Part shown: positions 1 through 8,082 of the stretch, piece by piece | Layout: each line of letters begins with the position of its first letter | Position numbering within the stretch: the first letter of the stretch is position 1 | Assembly: GCA_035390665.1 (NCBI GenBank) | Contig: DAOOUC010000001.1 | Coordinates: 90,001 to 122,000 of the forward strand | Source of the DNA: an archaeon | Lineage (GTDB): Archaea; Iainarchaeota; Iainarchaeia; Iainarchaeales; CSSED10-239 | Length of the DNA: 32,000 nt | Direction of reading: 5' to 3' | Made by a program: the position numbers and the translations under genes | Notes under the pieces: model-generated | Seen by the model: only the letters and a program-made list of their open reading frames with translations | Database searches by the model: none | What the model was told of the DNA's origin: nothing

Positions 1-101
1 GGAATAATTATTGTTAATCTAAGTACATTAATCACAATTGCAAAAACTAAGATTCTAAATTATAGGGATAATATACTTGCAACATTATAATTAGTATTAT
101 T

Positions 102-1169
102 ATGTTTTATTTATCTTTAATCTTGTTTACTTTAATTTTTCTTATAATTGCTTGTATCTCTGATTTAAAATCAAGAGAGATTTCAAATAAATTAATCTTA
201 TTTTTTTTAATATTTGGTATAATTCTAAAATTAGGATATAGTATTATTACTAGGAATTATTCCATAGTGTTTGGTGCATTATTGTCTTTAGTTTTAACTT
301 TTGTTGTCTTTTATATATTATGGGAATTAGGAGTTATTGCTGGAGGAGATTTTAAGCTTTTCTTAGTGCTTTCTATTCTAATCCCAAATATTAATTTGCC
401 ATTTAATCTCTCAAGTATTTGGTTTCCAGCCTTTGTTTTCGTAATAAGCTTATTTATGTTACTGCCATGGATAATAATATATTCTATTTATTTTATTGTA
501 GTAAAAAAATATTATTTAGATCTATTTAAACTGTGGATATCAAAATCAAATTTAATATCAATGGGTGATTCAATAGCAGTAATCTTTTTGATATCACTAC
601 TGTATTCTTTATTTAGTAAGGTAACAGTTCTAATTCTTTTATTTGCATCATTTGTATTTACTATATTAATTTACAAAATAAAAAACAAGAAAATCTTTTA
701 TTCTGTTTTATTAGGATTTTATAGTTTTACAATTGTTGCTTTAGTTTTAGAAAATCAGATTAGAGCAATATCTTTAACTAATCTTTTAATAACCATTTTG
801 TTTGTAATTGGATTCTCTATACTTGGAACACTATATAAAATAATAAAAGAAAAAGTACTAATTGAAGTTAAAGCACTCTCTAAACTAAAAGAAGGAGATT
901 TGCCACTCTACAATTACTATTATAAAAATAAAAAATTAAAGTTAATTAAACCCACAGTTCTAACTAAAATAAAGATGTTATTGAATAATACCTATTATTT
1001 AAATTTAAAGATAGATTCTTCTAAAGCTTGCGGAATAACCAAAGAAGACATTCTATTTTTAAAAGGTATGTATAAAAATAATTTAATAAGCTCTAAAATA
1101 TATTTAAAAAAGACTCTGGCATTTGTTCCAGCAGTTTTATTAGCATATATTTTAGTAATAATAATTTAG
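102..1169 (+). CDS. Archaeal prepilin/preflagellin peptidase (A24 family, FlaK/EppA-like)
   Basis: Multi-TM protein. N-terminal ACISDLKSREISNKL and AGGDFKLFL fit the two catalytic Asp motifs. C-terminal CGITKEDILFLKGMYKNNLI...KKTLAFVPA resembles the archaeal A24 C-terminal domain. ATG start. Confidence 0.85.
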   Translation: MFYLSLILFTLIFLIIACISDLKSREISNKLILFFLIFGIILKLGYSIITRNYSIVFGALLSLVLTFVVFYILWELGVIAGGDFKLFLVLSILIPNINLPFNLSSIWFPAFVFVISLFMLLPWIIIYSIYFIVVKKYYLDLFKLWISKSNLISMGDSIAVIFLISLLYSLFSKVTVLILLFASFVFTILIYKIKNKKIFYSVLLGFYSFTIVALVLENQIRAISLTNLLITILFVIGFSILGTLYKIIKEKVLIEVKALSKLKEGDLPLYNYYYKNKKLKLIKPTVLTKIKMLLNNTYYLNLKIDSSKACGITKEDILFLKGMYKNNLISSKIYLKKTLAFVPAVLLAYILVIII

Positions 1170-1180
1170 GTGAATAATAC

Positions 1181-1639
1181 ATGAAAAAAGGACAACTTTC
1201 AATTGAAGTTATAATATTATTAGCAATATTTTTACTTTTTTTTCAAGCAATGATTCTACCGTCAATTGAATTTGCAGAAAATACAATAAAAGATACTCAC
1301 GCTATTGTTCAAACAAAGAAAGGCATAGATGGTTTAGCAGACAATATAGAACAATTTTCAAATAGTGCAGGATACGGTAAAAGACATATGTTTTTCTATA
1401 TTCCAAATAACACAATAATTACAGATTGTAATAATACAAATAAAACTATAAATTATGAAATAAGAATATCAACACAAAAGCCAACCCCAATTGGCTGTGA
1501 TGTTAACGGACTATGTAAGTTTTCTAAACAATTGTATATAACTAACGATTTTTCATGTACAAAGATCGGGCCAGGATATAATAGCAATATCTTTATAGAA
1601 AAAACAGATGAAGGCGAAATAGATATATCTTCTGAATAA
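1181..1639 (+). CDS. Class III signal peptide-containing pilin-like protein
   Basis: N-terminus MKKGQLSIEVIILLAIFLLFF matches the KG|QxSxE class III archaeal prepilin motif plus hydrophobic helix. SD-like AGGTGA upstream. Confidence 0.75.
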   Translation: MKKGQLSIEVIILLAIFLLFFQAMILPSIEFAENTIKDTHAIVQTKKGIDGLADNIEQFSNSAGYGKRHMFFYIPNNTIITDCNNTNKTINYEIRISTQKPTPIGCDVNGLCKFSKQLYITNDFSCTKIGPGYNSNIFIEKTDEGEIDISSE

Positions 1640-1654
1640 GAAAGTGAATAGCAA

Positions 1655-1993
1655 ATGAAAAAAGGACAAGTAAGTATAGAATATGTGATTGTTATTGCAG
1701 TTATCTTAATCTTAACTGTATTTTTTGCTAATCTTACATTTGATACAACAGACACAACAAAATCCATAGCTAAAATAAAATTAAGAACGCTTGATCTAAT
1801 TACATTAAATGATTCTAATGCAACTCTTTTAAATGTGGAGAACACGATTGTAGATTCTAATCTGAATTTAAAACTATACATTAAAGATGGATTACAGTTA
1901 AATCTAACAGATCAAAACTACACAGAAGTAATAAATAATATAAAAGAAACAACTTATTATGAAAATATTAATTTAAGTTTTGAATATAACTGA
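1655..1993 (+). CDS. Class III signal peptide-containing pilin-like protein
   Basis: N-terminus MKKGQVSIEYVIVIAVILILTVFF; small, Asn/Thr-rich remainder; follows the previous pilin-like gene by 15 nt. Confidence 0.75.
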   Translation: MKKGQVSIEYVIVIAVILILTVFFANLTFDTTDTTKSIAKIKLRTLDLITLNDSNATLLNVENTIVDSNLNLKLYIKDGLQLNLTDQNYTEVINNIKETTYYENINLSFEYN

Positions 1994-2002
1994 GGTAATA
2001 AA

Positions 2003-2575
2003 ATGAATTCAAAATATTTATTGTTACAAGGATTCTTATTAACAAGTGTTTTTGTAAGTTTATTTGTAGATAAAAATCTTTTTTTAAAAATTTTATTGAT
2101 AGTCTTACTTTTCCTTTATGGTTTATTGATTTTACCTGAATTTAAATATAATAGAGAAAGGTATTTATTTTCAGCAACTGGCTTTGTTATTATATCCATT
2201 TTATTCTTGTTTGTAAGACACACAACAGGAACAACATATATTTTAATTCTTTGTTGTTTACTTGTTTTGTTTGTTTATCTTTCAAGAGTAATGTTTTCAA
2301 AAACATTCGGTGTTGTTTTAGAAAGTTCAACAAGATTTACTAAAGTTAAAATAACAGATGAACTATTTAGTTATGGGCAAAAATTTGAATTAAGATCAAC
2401 TAAGAAGTATACAATTGATTCAATAGTTTTAATAGAACTAGATAAATCGGTTTTAAGAAAACCAATATCGATTATTAAACAAATAGATAGAGAACCAAAA
2501 ATTATCAAAACCCTTATAAAAAATAACAAAATCACAAAAAAATCAAAGAAAACAATTAAGAAGAAGAAAAAATAA
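2003..2575 (+). CDS. Membrane protein with highly basic C-terminal tail, function unknown
   Basis: N-terminal hydrophobic segments, then soluble domain ending KKSKKTIKKKKK. Co-directional with pilin cluster. Confidence 0.6.
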   Translation: MNSKYLLLQGFLLTSVFVSLFVDKNLFLKILLIVLLFLYGLLILPEFKYNRERYLFSATGFVIISILFLFVRHTTGTTYILILCCLLVLFVYLSRVMFSKTFGVVLESSTRFTKVKITDELFSYGQKFELRSTKKYTIDSIVLIELDKSVLRKPISIIKQIDREPKIIKTLIKNNKITKKSKKTIKKKKK

Positions 2576-2603
2576 ATATTCCTTATAGATTGTAAGGAAT
2601 ATT
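2575..2603 (+). repeat. Perfect 11-bp inverted repeat with 7-nt loop overlapping the SD of the next gene
   Basis: AATATTCCTTA (2575-2585) TAGATTG TAAGGAATATT (2593-2603). AAGGA at 2594-2598 is the likely SD for ATG at 2608. Confidence 0.85.
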
Positions 2604-2607
2604 ATAA

Positions 2608-2964
2608 ATGTTTGAAAAATATATAAGAATACTAATTATTTGTTCTTGTCTTTTCGGACTTCTTGGGATTCTATCGATAACTTATTTTTATGAATCTAGA
2701 CAAATTTCTGTTTCTTCTCTTTTAGGTACTGAACCAAATGAAAAAATATATATTGTTTCTGGGCAAGTAAAAGAGATTACAGAAAAATCCAATACTCTTT
2801 TTTTTCAATTGTGTGATTCTTTTGAGTGTGTGCAAGCGGTTTATTTTAATCCAACAAAAGAAGATGTGGCATTTGTTTCTAGAAATCAAGAATTAACAGT
2901 AAAAGCAAAATATACAACTTTTAATAATACCCCTGAACTAATTGCTTTTTCTTTCAGGAGGTAA
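2608..2964 (+). CDS. Membrane-anchored OB-fold-like protein
   Basis: N-terminal TM helix (IRILIICSCLFGLLGILSITYF), then VSGQVKEITEKSNTLFFQLCDS...LTVKAKYTTFNNTPELIAFSF, an OB-fold-like strand pattern. Confidence 0.6.
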   Translation: MFEKYIRILIICSCLFGLLGILSITYFYESRQISVSSLLGTEPNEKIYIVSGQVKEITEKSNTLFFQLCDSFECVQAVYFNPTKEDVAFVSRNQELTVKAKYTTFNNTPELIAFSFRR

Positions 2965-2970
2965 TTTTTT

Positions 2971-4167
2971 TTGTTTCTCGTAGATGTTATTGCAGGAATT
3001 CTGTTTGGTTTTGCTCTTGGATTAATTCCGAGTTTGCATATTAACCTCATAGGTTATCTTTTTTCCTTATTTGGGATGTTTATGTTTTTCAAAAACCACT
3101 TCTATTTTTTCTTTTCTCTTTGTATTTCTCAGACTCTTACAAGTATTGTTCCTTCTTTTCTTTTTTATGCTCCAACCCCCGACACCTTAATTTCACCATT
3201 TCTTGGACAACCTGAAAGCCCCAAAATAGCTCTTTTAGAATATTTTTCTCTTTCTTTCTTTGGTTTTCTTCTTGGTGCTTTTTTCGCAGTTTTATTTCTC
3301 CCAATTTTTTACTTATTGTTTGTTATGTTTTCGGATTTCTACATTTTGATTTTTATTGTTCTTTTGCTTGTCTTGATATTTTTAATCTTTCAAGAAAATT
3401 ATTGGCAATCTTGTGGCCTTGTGTTTTCTATTGTTGTTTTTTCTGGGGTATTAGGCACCTTTACTTTAAAATATAATTTCTTTTTCAAAGAACCGTTAAT
3501 TCCGTGTATTTTTGGCTTGTTTGCTTTCCCAAATATTTTAGTGATTTTGTTTTCTGATAGTAAGGGTCAGGAAAAGTCAAGTCCATCTGTCCAAGAAATA
3601 ATAAGTTTTAAAGATATTGTTAACTCTTCTTTTCTTGGCACCCTCTTTTCCTCAACTATAGCTATTTTCCCTTCTCTTAGCCCAGGTCTTGCTATGTCTT
3701 TTGCTTCTTTTTTTCAAGATAAAAATTCTTCAAAAAAAACAATCGTAATGTTTTCAAGCATTCTTTCAAGTGTGCTACTAATTTATTTTTTCTTGTCTGT
3801 TGTTTTTAACAAGCACAGGCTTGGTTTCTTATCAATGCTTTCTACAAACCAAATTTTTCCAAAAATGGTTCTATCTGATATTTTCTTTATGTCTTTTGTT
3901 TTTCTTTTAGTTGTTGGTTTAACTGTGTTTATAATTTACAGTTCAATAGACACAATTATTTTTTTTCTAAATAGGTTTGATAAAAGAAATATTTTATTTT
4001 GTGTTTCTACTTTTTCCATTCTCCTTATATTTTGGTTTTGCGGCCTTGCGGGGGTTTTCCTTTTGCTTGTTTCTACAGCAATTGGTTTTTTGCCAATAGT
4101 TTATAATAAAAACAGATTGGCTCTAATGTCTTATTTAATTATTCCAACAGTTTTGTTTTTTGTTTAA
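2971..4167 (+). CDS. Polytopic membrane protein, TctA/DUF112-like
   Basis: Many TM helices. N-terminal GILFGFALGLIPSLHINLIGYLF and internal SSTIAIFPSLSPGLAMSF resemble the duplicated Gly/Pro-rich motifs of TctA-like permeases. TTG start 10 nt after AGGAGGT. Confidence 0.6.
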   Translation: MFLVDVIAGILFGFALGLIPSLHINLIGYLFSLFGMFMFFKNHFYFFFSLCISQTLTSIVPSFLFYAPTPDTLISPFLGQPESPKIALLEYFSLSFFGFLLGAFFAVLFLPIFYLLFVMFSDFYILIFIVLLLVLIFLIFQENYWQSCGLVFSIVVFSGVLGTFTLKYNFFFKEPLIPCIFGLFAFPNILVILFSDSKGQEKSSPSVQEIISFKDIVNSSFLGTLFSSTIAIFPSLSPGLAMSFASFFQDKNSSKKTIVMFSSILSSVLLIYFFLSVVFNKHRLGFLSMLSTNQIFPKMVLSDIFFMSFVFLLVVGLTVFIIYSSIDTIIFFLNRFDKRNILFCVSTFSILLIFWFCGLAGVFLLLVSTAIGFLPIVYNKNRLALMSYLIIPTVLFFV

Positions 4168-4184
4168 TTAAGGAAATGGATATT

Positions 4185-4556
4185 ATGAGTAACTGGAAAA
4201 TAAAGAAAAAAATCCTATTGACAATCATGGAATTATCTAAAGAGGCTTATCCAAATGAATTTAGTGGAATGCTTGTTGGGGATAAAGACGAAAAGATTAT
4301 TGATGACATCTATATAATTCCAGCAACAATAAATAATCACAATTCTTCAACTCTTCGTTTAGACTTGGTGCCAATGTCTTTTTCAATCGTAGGCTCTGTT
4401 CACTCACACCCATCTTCTTCAAGTCAAGCTTCAAGAGCAGATCAGAAATTTTTCCAAAGTAAAGCAATAAATATTATTTCAAGATATCCTTATAGCCCAA
4501 TGGATTTTACAGCTTACAACCACAAAGGAGAAGAAGTTGGAATTGAAATAATCTAA
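4185..4556 (+). CDS. JAMM/MPN+ domain metalloprotease (possible ubiquitin-like deconjugase)
   Basis: EFSGMLVG and HSHPSSSSQASRAD, an exact HxHx7Sx2D JAMM motif. The ORF track start at 4176 is only 1 nt from AAGGA; ATG at 4185 gives normal SD spacing. Confidence 0.8.
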   Translation: MSNWKIKKKILLTIMELSKEAYPNEFSGMLVGDKDEKIIDDIYIIPATINNHNSSTLRLDLVPMSFSIVGSVHSHPSSSSQASRADQKFFQSKAINIISRYPYSPMDFTAYNHKGEEVGIEII

Positions 4557-4563
4557 TTTTATT

Positions 4564-4585
4564 TATAAAAACCTAAGTTTTTATA
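4564..4585 (+). promoter_or_regulatory. Inverted repeat overlapping putative TATA elements upstream of the 4611 gene
   Basis: TATAAAAAC (4564-4572) CTAA GTTTTTATA (4577-4585), perfect 9-bp arms. TTTATAAA and TTTTTATA sit on the arms. Confidence 0.6.
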
Positions 4586-4587
4586 TG

Positions 4588-4610
4588 TTATTATTATTAT
4601 TATTCTTATT
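4588..4610 (+). repeat. TTA/ATT trinucleotide tract directly before the start codon
   Basis: TTATTATTATTATTATTCTTATT immediately before ATG 4611. Confidence 0.85.
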
Positions 4611-5543
4611 ATGAGAAAAAGAAAATTTAAATTCAAAGCCCTTTCGCCAATAGTTGCAACAATTCTTTTAGTTGTTGTTTCTGTAATTCTGGTTTCAATA
4701 GTTTTGAATTGGGGCAGAAACATTACAAACTCTAGTTTAAATGAAACAGACCCAATACTAAAGCAAACAAATCAGAACTATTTAATAGGCAGCCCAAAGC
4801 TTAATGCCCAAGGCATTCTTACTTTTAAGAATATCACTCCCGGTGAGAAATCAATAACAATAACTAGCTATCAGATAGTCAGTAGTTCAGAAGACGATAA
4901 CTTCAACAACACAATAGCCCTTAATGAAACTACAATCCAGCCAGGCGCTACACACGTCATCTCAATACAGGCCTTTCCACCAGAACCAAAATTTACAATA
5001 TTATTAATCACAGATGAAAACGAATATATCTCAATAGAAGGAATAAGAAATCCCCCAGTAACATTACAAGATATTCCTGTAGAAGAAGTTCTTGAACTTC
5101 CATATGTTATGGATGGAGAGAATAAATTATACATTCATCCAACAGATAATTCTACAGGTGTTGCTTGGGGCTGTCCAGGGACATTAATTGGTTCTGGTGC
5201 TCAATCACTAACAAATGGTTTAGCAAACACCACTGCGATTCTTGCAGGCTGTGTAACAAGACCAATAGCTGCAAGTATTTGTAATGATTTAGATTTTGGA
5301 GGATATGATGATTGGTATCTTCCTGCGAGAGATCAGCTGGGTGAAATTTGTAGTTACCAAGCAGTTATATATACAGGAGATTATAGTAGTTCTTGGATAG
5401 GTCTTGATTTTTGTAGTTATAGTTATTGGACAAGTACAGAATGGGGCGCTAACGACGCATACTATATGGAACCAGGTGGTTGGAGCCTAGAACAAAGTTC
5501 AAAGTCCGAAATATATCGTGTACGTTGTGTTCGTGGAGGATAA
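4611..5543 (+). CDS. Type IV pilin-like N-terminus + stalk + C-terminal DUF1566/C-type-lectin-like domain
   Basis: KALSPIVATILLVVVSVILVSIVLNWG pilin-like N-terminus. C-terminal SICNDLDFGGYDDWYLPARDQLGEIC...YWTSTEWG...YRVRCVRGG matches the DUF1566 WxLPxxxEL...YWSSTE...VRCVR pattern. Confidence 0.8.
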   Translation: MRKRKFKFKALSPIVATILLVVVSVILVSIVLNWGRNITNSSLNETDPILKQTNQNYLIGSPKLNAQGILTFKNITPGEKSITITSYQIVSSSEDDNFNNTIALNETTIQPGATHVISIQAFPPEPKFTILLITDENEYISIEGIRNPPVTLQDIPVEEVLELPYVMDGENKLYIHPTDNSTGVAWGCPGTLIGSGAQSLTNGLANTTAILAGCVTRPIAASICNDLDFGGYDDWYLPARDQLGEICSYQAVIYTGDYSSSWIGLDFCSYSYWTSTEWGANDAYYMEPGGWSLEQSSKSEIYRVRCVRGG

Positions 5544-5615
5544 AATTCTATTTATTTGTTTTTAATTATTTTTTTATTCCTATTTTCTTTCAAAAACGCC
5601 CTAAAAAAACAAAAA

Positions 5616-5623
5616 TTTATAAA
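5616..5623 (+). promoter_or_regulatory. Putative archaeal TATA box for the grpE-dnaK-dnaJ operon
   Basis: A-rich BRE-like stretch followed by TTTATAAA, about 115 nt before the grpE ATG. Confidence 0.45.
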
Positions 5624-5730
5624 CCTTACAGCACAAAGCATTTATTAATTTTGGTTATTAATATCTTTAGTTGATGTCTTTTGACATTTGACTAAAAATT
5701 ATTCTAAATATAAATAATGTGAGGATATCT

Positions 5731-6267
5731 ATGAGTACAGACAATAAAGAATCCATCTCAAAAGAGGAAGAAACAAAAATTAAAGAAACAATAGAGACAA
5801 TAAAACAAAAACTTGAAGAACAAGACAAACTTTCTAAAGAGTATCTGGATTTGCTTCAAAGAACACAAGCAGAGTTTAGAAACTATAAGCAAAGAGTTGA
5901 AAGGGAAACACAAGATATTATCTTTATAGAGAAAGCAAAAATCTTAGCTGAATTTTTAAATTATAGAGACACAATTGTTAAAGCAATAGAAAAAGAAAAA
6001 GAAGAGATTACAAAAAAATCTCTAGAGCACATGTTAGTAAATTACGATATTATTCTAAAAAGGCAAGGCATAGAAAAACTAGAAGTTATAGGTAAAGACT
6101 TTGATTATAATTTCTGTGATTGTTTGTTAAAGCAAGAGTGTGAAGAAGATAAAGACAATAAAGTAATTGCAATTATTGAAGATGGCTTTACATTAAATAA
6201 AAGATTAATAAAACCAGCAAAGGTTATTGTTGGTGCAAGTAAAAAAGAAAATGGTGATAAGATATGA
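5731..6267 (+). CDS. grpE: Nucleotide exchange factor GrpE
   Basis: Coiled-coil then [20 protein letters not shown]...[17 protein letters not shown]...[28 protein letters not shown]. The GTG at 5719 in the ORF track is probably part of the leader; ATG 5731 follows GAGG. Confidence 0.92.
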   Translation: MSTDNKESISKEEETKIKETIETIKQKLEEQDKLSKEYLDLLQRTQAEFRNYKQRVERETQDIIFIEKAKILAEFLNYRDTIVKAIEKEKEEITKKSLEHMLVNYDIILKRQGIEKLEVIGKDFDYNFCDCLLKQECEEDKDNKVIAIIEDGFTLNKRLIKPAKVIVGASKKENGDKI

Positions 6268-8066
6268 GTAAAGTAATTGGAATTGATTTAGGTACAACAT
6301 ATTCTGCAGTTTCTGTTGTAGAAGCTGGACAGCCAAAAATTTTAATTAATTCAGAAGGGTCAAGAACAACCCCTTCTGTTGTTGGATTATCTAATGGCGA
6401 AATAATTGTTGGAGCATTAGCAAAAAGGCAAGCAGTTGTTAATCCAGACAATACCATATATTCCATAAAAAGAAAAATGGGAAGTGGAGATAAAGTTAAA
6501 ATTGGAGGAAAAGATCATTCCCCAGAACAGATTTCTGCATATATTTTACAAAAATTAAAAAAAGATGCTGAAGAACAATTGGGTCAAAAAATTACTCAAG
6601 CAGTAATAACAGTTCCAGCATATTTTTCAGACTCTCAAAGAAAAGCAACAAAGGCAGCAGGAGAGATTGCTGGTCTAGAAGTTTTAAGAATAATTAACGA
6701 ACCAACAGCTGCTGCTTTAGCGTATGGTCTAGATAAAAAACACGCCCACACAATTTTAGTATTTGATTTTGGTGGTGGAACTTTCGATGTTTCTATTTTA
6801 GAGTTATCTGACGGTGTGTTTGAAGTCAAAGCCACAGCTGGAGACAACCACTTAGGTGGTGATGACATTGATCAAAAGATAATTGATTTCTTAGTTTCAG
6901 AGTTTAAGAAAAAAGAAGGAATTGATTTAATAAAAGATAAAATGGCAATGCAAAGATTAAAAGATGAAGCCGAAAAAGTAAAGATAGAGTTGTCTACAAC
7001 TTTAAAGGCAACAATTAATATCCCATATATTACAGCAACACAAGAGGGGCCAAAGCACTTAAACATAGAATTAACAAGAGCAAAGCTTGAAGATTTATGT
7101 GCTGATATTTTTAAAAGATTAGAAATTCCAACAAAGCAAGCAATTAAAGATTCAAAGCTTGATTTATCTAAGATTGACGAAGTTGTTATGGTTGGGGGTT
7201 CAACAAGAATTCCAAAAGTAATTGAGCTTGTTGAAAAATGGACAAATAAAAAACCAAATAAATCAATCAATCCAGATGAAGTAGTAGCAATGGGTGCTGC
7301 AATTCAAGGTGCTGTTCTTGCTGGAGAGGTAAAGGACATACTTCTTCTTGATGTTACTCCTTTGTCTTTAGGTATTGAAACTTTAGGTGGAGTTTTTACA
7401 AAATTAATTGAAAGAAATACAACAATACCAACAAAAAGATCTCAAGTTTTTTCAACAGCTTCTGATTCTCAAACAGCTGTTGATATTCATGTACTTCAAG
7501 GTGAAAGACCATTAGCTAAAGACAATCTAACACTTGGAAGATTCCAGTTGATTGGTATTCCTCCAGCACCACGAGGAGTTCCTCAAATAGAAGTTAGTTT
7601 TGATATAGATTCCAATGGAATAATTAATGTTTCAGCAAAGGATCTTGGTACAGGAAAATCTCAAGCAATTAAGATTACTTCAACAACTTCTTTAAGTAAA
7701 GATGAAATTGAAAGATTAAAAAGAGAAGCAGAAGAGCATGCTGAAGAAGATAAAAAGACTCAGGAAAGAATAGAGACAAGACACAAAGCAGAAACTTTAG
7801 TGTATTCTGTAGATTCAGTTTTAGAAGAAGCAAAAGAAAAGTTGTCTCCTGAAGACACAGAAGAGATAAAGAAATTAAAAGAAGAACTAAGACAAGCAAT
7901 TGATAGTGATTCAGCAGATCTAGAAGAAAAGACAAACGCCTTACAAACAAAACTTTATGATGTTTCTAAAAAGCTTTATCAAAATGCAGCTCCAAATCAA
8001 GAAGGCACAGATGATTCCAAAGACAAAGGAAAAACAGTTGATGCAGATTTTACAGAGGAAAAATAA
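6264..8066 (+). CDS. dnaK: Molecular chaperone DnaK (Hsp70)
   Basis: [62 protein letters not shown]; ATGA overlap with grpE; GGTGAT SD. Confidence 0.98.
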   Translation: MSKVIGIDLGTTYSAVSVVEAGQPKILINSEGSRTTPSVVGLSNGEIIVGALAKRQAVVNPDNTIYSIKRKMGSGDKVKIGGKDHSPEQISAYILQKLKKDAEEQLGQKITQAVITVPAYFSDSQRKATKAAGEIAGLEVLRIINEPTAAALAYGLDKKHAHTILVFDFGGGTFDVSILELSDGVFEVKATAGDNHLGGDDIDQKIIDFLVSEFKKKEGIDLIKDKMAMQRLKDEAEKVKIELSTTLKATINIPYITATQEGPKHLNIELTRAKLEDLCADIFKRLEIPTKQAIKDSKLDLSKIDEVVMVGGSTRIPKVIELVEKWTNKKPNKSINPDEVVAMGAAIQGAVLAGEVKDILLLDVTPLSLGIETLGGVFTKLIERNTTIPTKRSQVFSTASDSQTAVDIHVLQGERPLAKDNLTLGRFQLIGIPPAPRGVPQIEVSFDIDSNGIINVSAKDLGTGKSQAIKITSTTSLSKDEIERLKREAEEHAEEDKKTQERIETRHKAETLVYSVDSVLEEAKEKLSPEDTEEIKKLKEELRQAIDSDSADLEEKTNALQTKLYDVSKKLYQNAAPNQEGTDDSKDKGKTVDADFTEEK

Positions 8067-8082
8067 AGAAGTGTGACCCATT

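Noticed and set aside
1453-1881. 142-aa minus-strand ORF
   Set aside because: Antisense to two class III pilin-like genes with clear signal peptides; no recognisable product.
5480-5674. 64-aa plus-strand ORF overlapping the 3' end of the lectin-like gene
   Set aside because: No domain or convincing SD; overlaps a well-supported CDS and the grpE promoter region.
6635-7950. Three minus-strand ORFs antisense to dnaK
   Set aside because: Shadow ORFs of a confidently identified dnaK.
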